From Rhodococcus sp. (in: high G+C Gram-positive bacteria) (GTDB lineage Bacteria; Actinomycetota; Actinomycetes; Mycobacteriales; Mycobacteriaceae), in assembly GCF_049286785.1 (NCBI RefSeq), contig NZ_JBAQEO010000916.1:1-57734 (forward strand): DNA of 57,734 bases, read 5' to 3'. The notes under the pieces were generated by a model that saw only the letters and a program-made list of their open reading frames with translations, was not told the origin of the DNA and did no database searches. Both the position numbers and the translations under genes were made by a program. The stretch's first letter is position 1. Every line of letters starts with the position of its first letter. Positions 49,054 through 57,734 of the stretch are shown piece by piece.

Positions 49054-50081
49054 ACGAAGTGGCCAAGGTCATTCCGTTGCGCGGCACGGGCGCCACGCGC
49101 GGGACCGCGCCCGGACGGTGGAAAAGTCAATACAGCCGCGAGCAGAGCGAGAGCCGACATCCGTCCGCCATGCCCCCGCCTCCGGTCGTCATCCCGCCCG
49201 AGCCGCCCGCGGAGCCGTCGTCGGTCGACGTCGTACGGCAGGCCGTCGCTGATCAGATCGTGAGCACCGCCGAATTCCTGCGCAAGCGGCTGTCGGGCGA
49301 CTATCAGGTCGACGACTTCGGATACGACCCGCACTTCGCGGAGAACGTGTGGCTCCCGATTCTGAGGCCGCTGTTCGACAAGTGGTTCCGTGTCGAGGTC
49401 AGCGGGATCGAGAACATCCCCGCCACCGGCGGAGCACTGGTGGTCGCCAACCATGCCGGTGTCATACCGATCGATGCTCTGATGACCTCGGTCGCCGTCC
49501 ACGACCACCACCCCCGGCATCGGCCGCTGCGGATGCTGGCCGCGGACCTGGCGTTCGAACTGCCCGTCGTCGGCGGGATCGCACGCAAGGCCGGGCATAC
49601 TCTCGCCTGCCACCCGGATGCCATCCGGCTATTGCAGGAGGGGCAGGTGGCCGCCGTGTTCCCGGAGGGTTACAAGGGCATCGGTAAACCGTTCAGTGAG
49701 CGCTACAAGTTGCAGCGCTTCGGTCGCGGAGGTTTCGTGTCGGCCGCGATGCGCACCGGAGCGCCGATCATTCCGTGCTCGATCGTCGGCTCCGAGGAGA
49801 TCTATCCGAAGATCGGCGACCTCGGCACCCTGGCCCGACTGCTCGGCATGCCCTATTTTCCGGTGACTCCGCTGTTCCCGCACCTCGGCCCACTCGGACT
49901 CGTTCCTCTGCCGTCCAAGTGGTACATCGAGTTCGGCAAGCCCATCGTCACCGACACGTTCGACGCGTCGGCTGCCGACGATCCGATGGAGTTGTTCGAG
50001 GTCACCGACCACGTCCGCGAGACTATTCAGCAGACGCTGTACCGGCTGCTCGCGAGGCGACGCAACGTGTTCCTGGGCTGA
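49050..50081 (+). CDS. Lysophospholipid acyltransferase family protein (Rv0502-like)
   Basis: VANHAGVIPID (HX4-5D), VFPEG, FGRGGF. Confidence 0.9.
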   Translation: MNEVAKVIPLRGTGATRGTAPGRWKSQYSREQSESRHPSAMPPPPVVIPPEPPAEPSSVDVVRQAVADQIVSTAEFLRKRLSGDYQVDDFGYDPHFAENVWLPILRPLFDKWFRVEVSGIENIPATGGALVVANHAGVIPIDALMTSVAVHDHHPRHRPLRMLAADLAFELPVVGGIARKAGHTLACHPDAIRLLQEGQVAAVFPEGYKGIGKPFSERYKLQRFGRGGFVSAAMRTGAPIIPCSIVGSEEIYPKIGDLGTLARLLGMPYFPVTPLFPHLGPLGLVPLPSKWYIEFGKPIVTDTFDASAADDPMELFEVTDHVRETIQQTLYRLLARRRNVFLG

Positions 50082-50096
50082 GTGTTCCTGGGCTGA
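50067..50096 (+). repeat. Exact 15-bp tandem duplication of the acyltransferase 3' end
   Basis: GTGTTCCTGGGCTGA x2 (VFLG-stop). Confidence 0.92.
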
Positions 50097-50104
50097 GCCT
50101 CGGC

Positions 50105-51097
50105 TCAGCCCACGGGGTGTTCGCGGCGGCGTGCGACGACCGCGGCCAGTGCACCCCCCGCGGCACCGAAGAGCAGTGCCGTGGGAACGCCGATCTTCGC
50201 GGCTTTGCGGCCGGTGCGGAAGTCGCGGATCTCCCAGCCCCGGTTCTTCGCGACCTCACGGAGATCGGTGTCGGGATTGATCGCGACGGCGGTCCCCACG
50301 AGCGAGAGCATCGGGACGTCGTTGTGGCTGTCCGAGTACGCCGCGCAGCGCTTGAGGTTGAGGCCCTCCCGGACGGCCAGGGCCCGCACTGCGTGGGCCT
50401 TGCCCAGGCCGTGGAGGATGTCTCCGACGAGGCGTCCGGTGAACACGCCGTCCTCGCTCTCGGCCACCGTGCCGAGTGCCCCCGTCAGACCGAGTTTCTT
50501 GGCGATGACCTGGGCCAGCTCTACCGGGGTCGCGGTGACGAGCCATACCTGCTGTCCGGCGTCGAGGTGCATCTGCGCGAGCGCGCGGGTGCCGGGCCAG
50601 ATCTTGTCGGCGATCACTTCGTCGTAGATTTCCTCGCCCAGCCGTGCCAGTTCCGCCGTGGACCGTCCGGCAACGAACGAGAGCGCCTTCTCCCGGCCGG
50701 AGGCGACGTCGTCGCTGTTCTCCTTACCGGTGACGCGGAATTTGATCTGCTTCCAGGCGAAGTCGACGAGGTCGGAGGACTTGAGGTACTTCCGTGCGGC
50801 GAGTCCGCGGGCGAAATGGATGATCGACGCCCCCTGCACCATGGTGTTGTCGACATCGAAGAAGGCGGCGGCGGTGAGGTCGAGCGGAACGTTGTGTTCC
50901 TCGGCTTCGGGGGCGGCCTCGTGGAGTGCGAGGGCAGCGTCGGCGCTGGCCTCACCCGCAACGTTTGCACGTACCTCGGCTTCGCTGGGACCCAGTGGAT
51001 TCCTGAACTGGCGGCGGCCGGGAAGGATGATCCCTGCCAGACCCGAGCCGAATCCCGAGCCGAATCCCGAGCCGTTCGGTAGTGATCGTGCAGGCAC
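50105..51097 (-). CDS. HAD-IB family hydrolase (SerB1/Rv0505c-like)
   Basis: [33 protein letters not shown]-terminal 12-nt repeat encoding GSGF. Confidence 0.9.
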   Translation of the reverse strand: MPARSLPNGSGFGSGFGSGLAGIILPGRRQFRNPLGPSEAEVRANVAGEASADAALALHEAAPEAEEHNVPLDLTAAAFFDVDNTMVQGASIIHFARGLAARKYLKSSDLVDFAWKQIKFRVTGKENSDDVASGREKALSFVAGRSTAELARLGEEIYDEVIADKIWPGTRALAQMHLDAGQQVWLVTATPVELAQVIAKKLGLTGALGTVAESEDGVFTGRLVGDILHGLGKAHAVRALAVREGLNLKRCAAYSDSHNDVPMLSLVGTAVAINPDTDLREVAKNRGWEIRDFRTGRKAAKIGVPTALLFGAAGGALAAVVARRREHPVG

Positions 51098-51275
51098 TCG
51101 CACCTCCCGTATCGCAGAAGCCTCTGGGAGCAGCCTATCCTCCGGATCGGACACCGGATGGTCGGATGGCGGCGAGGTGCACCGGTGTGACGTTCATCTC
51201 CGGAGTGATTCGCCGCTTCCGCCTCGGAATCGGCACAGGACGGCATCGGCGACGAGCGAAGGGATGACCTGGGCA

Positions 51276-51536
51276 ATGAGTATGGGCGGACATGAGGTGA
51301 CGCTGCTCACGCGTGCCGGGTGTGGTGCGTGCGCACCGGCACGTGAGCGGCTGCTGGCCGTGTGCGAGGAGTTCGGGCTGGAACTGACGTGCGTAGACGT
51401 CGACGAAGCTGCTGCGACGGACCCTGACTTGCGGGCCGAATACGGGGACAGATTGCCCGTCGTCCTCCTCGACGGACGTGAGCACAGCTACTGGGACGTC
51501 GACGAAGAGCGGCTCCGCGCGGATTTATGCAAGTAA
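51276..51536 (+). CDS. Glutaredoxin-like protein (DUF836, Rv0508-like)
   Basis: LLTRAGCGAC, YGDRLPVVLLDG.EHSYW. Confidence 0.88.
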   Translation: MSMGGHEVTLLTRAGCGACAPARERLLAVCEEFGLELTCVDVDEAAATDPDLRAEYGDRLPVVLLDGREHSYWDVDEERLRADLCK

Positions 51537-51605
51537 GGGCATCCTAAAATTGCATGGCGCGGATGCTGTGCAGGTCGGAGCGCATGCCACGCAGTCGCAG
51601 CGACT

Positions 51606-51623
51606 TTGTGCATGGGTTCACAA
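51606..51623. promoter_or_regulatory. Rex operator (ROP)
   Basis: TTGTGCA-tggg-TTCACAA versus consensus TTGTGAA-N4-TTCACAA; upstream of rex. Confidence 0.85.
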
Positions 51624-51703
51624 GCGGTTACCGTGGTGTGAACAATTTCCCGGAGCATCGTCAAGAGCGGCGTCCCACGCCGGTCGGACCAGGAGCCTAC
51701 GAC

Positions 51704-52564
51704 GTGACCGAACAGCCCCAGACGCGCGGGTCCGTGACCCCTGCCGTCACAGGTGCTGTCGGGCGTTCTGCTATGCAGTCACAGACCCCCGACGCCGGGG
51801 AAGGCGCGTCCGCGGCTTCCGGATCGCGGGATATCCCCCAGGCTACGGTGACGCGGTTGGCCACGTACCTGCGGGTCCTCGGAGTGCTGGCCGAGCGCGG
51901 CACGATCATCGTCTCGAGCGAGGAACTCGCCGCTGCGTCCGGGGTCGGATCCGCCAAACTCCGCAAAGACCTCTCCTTCCTCGGGCCCAACGGCGTGCGT
52001 GGCGTCGGTTACGACGTGACCCGGCTGCGTGCGCGCATCGAGCGGGCCCTCGGCCTCGACCGGGGACACAGGGTTGTCCTCGTCGGTGTCGGGAACCTCG
52101 GCCAGGCGCTCGCTGGATACAGCGGATTCGGGCGTCGCGGATTCTCGATGGTGGGTCTGTTCGACGCCGATCGCACGCGGGTCGGTTCCCGGGTGGGTGA
52201 CCTGACCGTCCGGCACGTCGACGAACTCGAACACGCCTGCGCCGAACTCGAGGCCACCATCGGAGTCATCTCGACACCCGACGATGCCGCGCAGGAAGTA
52301 TGCGATCGGCTCGTCGGCGCCGGACTGAACTGCATCCTCAGCTTCTCGTCGGCCTCTCTCGACGTGCCCGGCCATGTCGAGATGCGTCGTGTCGACCTCG
52401 CTGTCGAAATGCAGGTTCTCTCCTTCAACAGCGCTCGCAACACGCAGTCGACTGGTAGTAGTACCGAGTCGGCCGGAACCACGGATTCGTCTCCCCGTGT
52501 CCGCATCGGACACACTGCTGTCTCGCCCACCGCACCAAGAAACGGATCAGTGATTGCGCCGTGA
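51704..52564 (+). CDS. rex: Redox-sensing transcriptional repressor Rex
   Basis: [52 protein letters not shown]. Confidence 0.93.
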   Translation: MTEQPQTRGSVTPAVTGAVGRSAMQSQTPDAGEGASAASGSRDIPQATVTRLATYLRVLGVLAERGTIIVSSEELAAASGVGSAKLRKDLSFLGPNGVRGVGYDVTRLRARIERALGLDRGHRVVLVGVGNLGQALAGYSGFGRRGFSMVGLFDADRTRVGSRVGDLTVRHVDELEHACAELEATIGVISTPDDAAQEVCDRLVGAGLNCILSFSSASLDVPGHVEMRRVDLAVEMQVLSFNSARNTQSTGSSTESAGTTDSSPRVRIGHTAVSPTAPRNGSVIAP

Positions 52565-53982
52565 GTGTTCTGCTTGTCGGGATCTCGCATCGAACAGCCC
52601 CCGTGCCGGTTCTCGAGCGTGTGGCGGTCACCGAAACCGACCGACCGAAGCTGACGGACAAGCTTCTGTCCTCCGCGCACATCTCGGAGGCCATGATCGT
52701 CTCCACCTGCAACCGGGTGGAGATCTATGCGGTTGTCGACGCGTTCCACGGTGCGCTCACCGAGGTCGGCGAACTTTTGGCAGACCACTCCGGGCTCGGT
52801 CTGACCGACCTGCACCGGCACGCCTATGTGCGATACAGCGAAGCCGCCGCCGAGCACCTGTTCGCGGTGGCCAGCGGTCTCGATTCGATGGTGATCGGTG
52901 AGCAGCAGATCCTCGGCCAGATCCGGGCCGCATACGCGTCCTCGGACGCGCAGCAGGCGGCCGGCCGCACGCTCCACGAACTTGCGCAGCAGGCGCTTCG
53001 GGTCGGTAAGCGGGTGCACTCGGAAACGGGAATCGACTCGGCCGGTGCCTCTGTCGTGTCCGTCGCTCTCGACCGGGCCGCGGGAATCATCGGCGCCGGT
53101 GGTCTCGTCGGGCGCACCGCGGTGGTCGTGGGTGCCGGTTCGATGGGCGGACTTTCCGTCGCGCATCTGACGAGGGGCGGTATCGACCGCATCATCTTGG
53201 TGAACCGCACTCTGGAGCGCGCCGAGCATCTCGCCGACACAGCCCGTTCCGGAGGTGTCGAGGCGCACGCTTTCGAGCTCGACGGCCTCCCCGGTGCCAT
53301 GGCGCAGGCCGATGTGCTGGTCACCTGTACCGGCGCGGTCGGTGCCGTCGTCACCCTCGCGGACACACACCGCGCACTGGCCCAGCCCGACCGCGCCCCC
53401 GACCGCCCGCTCGTCATCTGCGACCTCGGTCTGCCTCGCGACGTCGAACCCGCCGTCGCGGGACTGCCGGGCGTCACCGTTCTGGACATGGAGTCGCTGC
53501 AGCGCGACCCCGCCGCGGGTGCCGCCGCTTCCGACGCAGACGCGGCCAAGGCCATCGTGGCGAGCGAGCTGGCCACGTATCTCACCGGTCAGCGTCTCGC
53601 GGAGGTCACTCCCACCGTCACCGCGCTGCGCCAGCGCGCCGCCGACGTGGTCGAAGCCGAACTGCTGCGCCTGGATTCGCGGTTGCCGAGCCTCGCCGAC
53701 CCGGAGCGTGACGAGGTGGCACGGACCGTCCGGCGTGTGGTGGACAAGCTTCTCCACGCGCCCACCGTAAGGGTGAAGCAATTGGCCTCCGCCCCCGGCG
53801 GCGATTCCTACGCCGCCGCGCTGCGCGAGCTGTTCGAACTCAGCCCCGGTTCGGTGGAAGCCGTTGCCCAGCCCACCGACCTCACCGCCATCGACATCAG
53901 TGACGCATTCATCGCCGGCCAGGATCCGCGCATCCGCCGTTTCGTCACCGACGACAACCAAGGGAAGGAACCGCAGGCATGA
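52561..53982 (+). CDS. hemA: Glutamyl-tRNA reductase
   Basis: [42 protein letters not shown]. Confidence 0.96.
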   Translation: MSVLLVGISHRTAPVPVLERVAVTETDRPKLTDKLLSSAHISEAMIVSTCNRVEIYAVVDAFHGALTEVGELLADHSGLGLTDLHRHAYVRYSEAAAEHLFAVASGLDSMVIGEQQILGQIRAAYASSDAQQAAGRTLHELAQQALRVGKRVHSETGIDSAGASVVSVALDRAAGIIGAGGLVGRTAVVVGAGSMGGLSVAHLTRGGIDRIILVNRTLERAEHLADTARSGGVEAHAFELDGLPGAMAQADVLVTCTGAVGAVVTLADTHRALAQPDRAPDRPLVICDLGLPRDVEPAVAGLPGVTVLDMESLQRDPAAGAAASDADAAKAIVASELATYLTGQRLAEVTPTVTALRQRAADVVEAELLRLDSRLPSLADPERDEVARTVRRVVDKLLHAPTVRVKQLASAPGGDSYAAALRELFELSPGSVEAVAQPTDLTAIDISDAFIAGQDPRIRRFVTDDNQGKEPQA

Positions 53983-54944
53983 GGGCCGTAGGTACCCGCA
54001 CCCTGCGGATCGGAACCCGTGGCAGCGAACTCGCCACCACCCAGGCCGGGACGGTGCGCGACGCGCTGATCTCCGCAGGCCACGACGCCGAACTCGTCAT
54101 CATCAAGACCAAGGGCGACCAGTCCATGGAGTCGGTGCAGAAGATCGGCGTGGGGGTGTTCACCGCCGAGCTGCGGGAGGCCCTCGTCGATGGCCGGGTC
54201 GACGTGGCGGTGCACTCGTACAAGGATCTCCCCACGGCCCGAGACGAACGTTTCACCATCGCCGCGATCCCTCCGCGCGAAGACCCCAGGGATGCCCTGG
54301 TGGCCCGTGACGGTCTTGTTCTCGGGGAACTGCCCCCCGGCTCGAAGGTCGGTACCTCCGCGCCGCGCCGCGCGTCCCAGCTGCGTGCGCTCGGTCTCGG
54401 ACTGGAGATCGTGCCGCTGCGCGGCAACCTGCAACGCCGTCTCGGTAAGGTGGAGTCCGGTGAGCTCGATGCCGTCGTCCTGGCCCGGGCAGGCCTGTCC
54501 CGCATCGGACGGACCGATCTGATCACCGAGTCGATCGAGCCCGTGCAGATGCTGCCCGCGCCCGCACAGGGTGCGCTGGCCGTCGAATGCCTATCGGGGA
54601 ACACCGCGCTCGTCGAGACCCTGGCAGAGCTCGACGATCCGAACACGAGAGCAGCCGTCACCGCCGAACGCGCCCTGCTCGCCGAACTGGAGGCGGGCTG
54701 CACGGCACCTGTCGGTGCGATCGCCGAAGTCGTCGAGTCGCTCGACGACGACGGCCGGGTGTTCGACGAACTGTCCGTCCGAGGCTGCGCCGCGGCCATC
54801 GACGGTTCCGATGTCATCCGCACCGGGGCGGTGGGCTCCCCGGACGATGCCGAAGCTCTCGGTCGTTCCGTGGCGCGAGAACTCCTCGAACTCGGCGCCC
54901 GCGGGCTGATGAACGTCACCGAGGCCGGTGATGCCGATGTTTGA
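53979..54944 (+). CDS. hemC: Hydroxymethylbilane synthase (porphobilinogen deaminase)
   Basis: [42 protein letters not shown]. Confidence 0.96.
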   Translation: MRAVGTRTLRIGTRGSELATTQAGTVRDALISAGHDAELVIIKTKGDQSMESVQKIGVGVFTAELREALVDGRVDVAVHSYKDLPTARDERFTIAAIPPREDPRDALVARDGLVLGELPPGSKVGTSAPRRASQLRALGLGLEIVPLRGNLQRRLGKVESGELDAVVLARAGLSRIGRTDLITESIEPVQMLPAPAQGALAVECLSGNTALVETLAELDDPNTRAAVTAERALLAELEAGCTAPVGAIAEVVESLDDDGRVFDELSVRGCAAAIDGSDVIRTGAVGSPDDAEALGRSVARELLELGARGLMNVTEAGDADV

Positions 54945-55019
54945 CGTGCGAAGGCCGACCCCATGGCCAGTCCGCCACCTGTACCTGTCACCACCCCTGA
55001 TCGCACTGGAGAATTACCG

Positions 55020-56585
55020 ATGAGCCGAGTCCGTAAGAACACCCCCGGACGGATCCTGTTCGTGGGATCGGGACCGGGCGACCCGGCCCTGCTCACCGTG
55101 CACGCACGAGACGTGCTCGCCTCGGCGACACTGGCGTTCACCGACCCCGACGTCGACAAGGGCGTGACGGCGCTGGTGGGCACCAGCCTGGGCGACGACC
55201 CGGAGACCGGTGAGCCGCTCGCCGAGGTCCGTCCCGCGCTGGGCGAGCCCGCCGAGGTCGCGAAAACCCTTGTGCACGAAGCGAAGAACGGCCACGACGT
55301 TGTGCGGCTGGTCTCCGGTGACCCGCTGACCACCGACTCGGTGATCGCAGAGGTCACTGCCGTCGCCCGCACCCAGGTCCACTTCGAGGTGCTGCCCGGC
55401 CTGCCCGCCGCGTCGGCAGTCCCGTCGTACGCCGGCATGGCACTGGGATCGGAACATACCGAGGCCGACGTCCGCGGTGAGGTCGACTGGGCCGCTCTCG
55501 CAGCCGCCCCGGGCCCCCTGGTGCTGCACGCCACCTCGGGCCATCTGGCCGAGACGGCGAGCGCGCTCGTCGAGCACGGTCTGGCGCCGCAGACGCCGGC
55601 AGCTATCACCGTTCGGGGCACCACCCGTCAGCAGCGGACCGTCGAGGCCACTCTCGCGACTCTCAACGACGCAGGCTCCGAACTGGTCGGCTCGCTCATC
55701 GTGACGATAGGCAAGGTGGTCTCCCAGCGCAGCAAGATGTCCTGGTGGGAGTCGCGCGCACTGTACGGCTGGAAGGTTCTGGTGCCGCGCACCAAGGACC
55801 AGGCGGGGGAGATGAGCGATCGTCTCGTCACCCACGGCGCCATCCCCATCGAGGTGCCCACCATCGCTGTCGAGCCGCCGCGTAGCCCGGCTCAGATGGA
55901 GCGCTCCGTCAAGGGACTCGTCGATGGCCGCTACCAGTGGGTGGTCTTCACCTCCACCAACGCGGTGCGTGCCGTGTGGGAGAAGTTCGAGGAGTTCGGG
56001 CTCGACGCCCGGGCGTTCTCCGGCGTCAAGATCGCCTGCATCGGTCAGGCCACCGCGGACAAGGTGCGCTCGTTCGGCATCAACCCCGAGCTGGTGCCCA
56101 CCGGTGAACAGTCCAGCGAAGGCCTGCTCGCCGAGTTCGCTCCGTACGACGACGTCTTCGACCCGGTCAACCGGGTGCTGCTGCCGCGGGCCGACATCGC
56201 TACCGAGACCCTTGCGGAGGGCCTGCGCGAACGTGGCTGGGAGATCGACGACGTGACCGCCTACCGCACCGTCCGGGCAGCGCCGCCGCCGGCCGAGACC
56301 CGCGAGATGATCAAGACCGGTGGATTCGACGCCGTCTGCTTCACCTCGTCCTCGACGGTCCGCAACCTCGTCGGTATCGCCGGGAAGCCGCACGCGCGGA
56401 CCCTGGTGGCCTGCATCGGTCCCAAGACCGCCGAGACCGCGGTCGAGTTCGGGCTCCGTGTCGACGTGCAGCCTGAGACAGCCCAGGTGGGCCCGCTGGT
56501 GGAGGCTCTCGCCGAGCACGCCGCGCGTCTGCGTGCCGAGGGCGCACTGCCCCCGCCGCGCAAGAAGTCTCGCGCCCGCCGCTGA
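55020..56585 (+). CDS. hemD: Bifunctional uroporphyrinogen-III methyltransferase-like/uroporphyrinogen-III synthase
   Basis: VGSGPGDP N-domain; [36 protein letters not shown]. Confidence 0.93.
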   Translation: MSRVRKNTPGRILFVGSGPGDPALLTVHARDVLASATLAFTDPDVDKGVTALVGTSLGDDPETGEPLAEVRPALGEPAEVAKTLVHEAKNGHDVVRLVSGDPLTTDSVIAEVTAVARTQVHFEVLPGLPAASAVPSYAGMALGSEHTEADVRGEVDWAALAAAPGPLVLHATSGHLAETASALVEHGLAPQTPAAITVRGTTRQQRTVEATLATLNDAGSELVGSLIVTIGKVVSQRSKMSWWESRALYGWKVLVPRTKDQAGEMSDRLVTHGAIPIEVPTIAVEPPRSPAQMERSVKGLVDGRYQWVVFTSTNAVRAVWEKFEEFGLDARAFSGVKIACIGQATADKVRSFGINPELVPTGEQSSEGLLAEFAPYDDVFDPVNRVLLPRADIATETLAEGLRERGWEIDDVTAYRTVRAAPPPAETREMIKTGGFDAVCFTSSSTVRNLVGIAGKPHARTLVACIGPKTAETAVEFGLRVDVQPETAQVGPLVEALAEHAARLRAEGALPPPRKKSRARR

Positions 56586-56617
56586 GCGCTGTCGACCCGA
56601 CGAAGGAGAGCGCAACA

Positions 56618-57592
56618 GTGTTTCCGACCCATCGACCGCGACGGCTTCGTCGAACGCCTGCCCTGCGCAGGCTGGTTGCCGAGACTTCGCTCGAGCCACG
56701 GCATCTCGTGCTGCCGATGTTCGTTGCGGACGGCATCGACGAGCCGCGGGAGATCTCGTCGATGCCCGGCGTCTTCCAGCACACCCTCGATTCGTTGCGG
56801 CGCACCGCAGACGAGGCCGTGGAGGCAGGGGTCGGCGGACTGATGTTGTTCGGCGTGCCTCGTCCCGACGACAAGGACGTCGAGGGTTCGGGTGCCACCG
56901 ATCCCGAGGGCATACTGAACGTCGGATTGCGTTTACTGGCAGACGAACTGGGTGACGCTACCGTGATCATGGCCGATACCTGCCTGGACGAGTTCACCTC
57001 TCACGGTCACTGCGGAGTGCTCGACGACACCGGTGCGGTGGACAACGATCGCACGCTGAAGCGGTACGTGGAGATGGCGGTGGCGCAGGCCGACGCGGGC
57101 GCGCACCTGCTCGGTCCGAGCGGAATGATGGACGGTCAGGTGGCGGCGATTCGCCGTGCACTGGACGATGCCGGGCACACGGATGTCGGACAGCTGGCGT
57201 ATTCGGCGAAGTACGCGTCCGCGTTCTACGGCCCCTTCCGGGAGGCTGTCGGTTCGTCTCTGCAGGGCGATCGGCGCACCTACCAACAGGATTCGGCGAA
57301 CCGGCGGGAATCTCTGCGGGAAGTGGATCTGGACCTCGACGAAGGTGCCGACGTCGTGATGGTGAAGCCTGCGATGTCGTATCTCGACGTCCTACGTGAG
57401 GTGGCCGACCGGTCACCGGTGCCGGTCGCGGCGTACCAGATCTCGGGCGAGTACTCGATGATCACCGCTGCCGCGCAGAACGGCTGGATCGACCGTGACG
57501 CCGCGATCCTCGAATCCTTGACGAGTATCCGGCGGGCGGGCGCGGACATCGTGCTGACCTACTGGGCCGCCGAAGTGGCGGGATGGCTGTGA
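56618..57592 (+). CDS. hemB: Porphobilinogen synthase (ALA dehydratase)
   Basis: [43 protein letters not shown]. Confidence 0.97.
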   Translation: MFPTHRPRRLRRTPALRRLVAETSLEPRHLVLPMFVADGIDEPREISSMPGVFQHTLDSLRRTADEAVEAGVGGLMLFGVPRPDDKDVEGSGATDPEGILNVGLRLLADELGDATVIMADTCLDEFTSHGHCGVLDDTGAVDNDRTLKRYVEMAVAQADAGAHLLGPSGMMDGQVAAIRRALDDAGHTDVGQLAYSAKYASAFYGPFREAVGSSLQGDRRTYQQDSANRRESLREVDLDLDEGADVVMVKPAMSYLDVLREVADRSPVPVAAYQISGEYSMITAAAQNGWIDRDAAILESLTSIRRAGADIVLTYWAAEVAGWL

Positions 57593-57734
57593 CCGAGCAG
57601 TGGCCACCGTCCCCGCCGGACCAGGCGCCCGGTCATCAGCAATACGGTCATCAGCAGGACGGTGCGCCGCAGTACGGCTACCCACCGCAGCCCGCACCCG
57701 AGCCCGAGCGGCCGGTCCCGGTCGATGTCGGGAC
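57589..57734 (+). CDS. Partial Pro/Gln-rich N-terminus of a downstream gene, truncated by the window end
   Basis: GTG overlaps the hemB TGA; open frame [35 protein letters not shown]... to the window edge. Confidence 0.6.
   Translation, partial: MTEQWPPSPPDQAPGHQQYGHQQDGAPQYGYPPQPAPEPERPVPVDVG

Noticed and set aside
52009..56699. Long antisense ORFs (650, 559, 561 aa) over the hem genes, and similar shadow ORFs elsewhere
   Set aside because: Expected from high-GC codon bias; no recognisable motifs; the sense strand carries clear genes
56975..57016. HemB zinc motif reading [11 protein letters not shown] instead of CxC...C
   Set aside because: Asp at the second position is the usual actinobacterial variant, not a defect

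Overview
High-GC actinobacterial chromosome segment, most likely Rhodococcus (inferred from gene content and order). The backbone follows the conserved Mycobacteriales block equivalent to M. tuberculosis Rv0472c-Rv0512: TetR, DUF445, XRE regulator-hbhA/tadA, deoC, DUF2505 x2, murB, L,D-transpeptidase, SDR, ROK regulator, mshA, gpmA, senX3-regX3, ppx, proC, bS22, epimerase/acyltransferase, HAD phosphatase, glutaredoxin and rex-hemACDB. Accessory content includes a SigF/RsbW/STAS/GAF-ANTAR stress island with recognisable SigF-type promoters, PPK2, two MerR regulators, an orphan AbiEi-like gene, a TauD-family dioxygenase, and an insert before mshA (tocopherol-cyclase-like, DinB, PIG-L deacetylase, MFS). 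Most notable observations: (1) a full-length MetE homologue that has lost three of four zinc ligands and the catalytic His but keeps the homocysteine/methionine-binding residues, behind a strongly structured leader; (2) a leaderless Cys-rich leader peptide, absent from the ORF track, ahead of the ROK regulator and divergent from the TauD gene; (3) repeated duplication of gene 3' ends, stop codon included, directly downstream of several genes; (4) small ORFs below the ORF-track cutoff with their own expression signals. No rRNA, tRNA, CRISPR array or transposase was seen. All family calls come from motif recognition and synteny by eye; no database searches were run.
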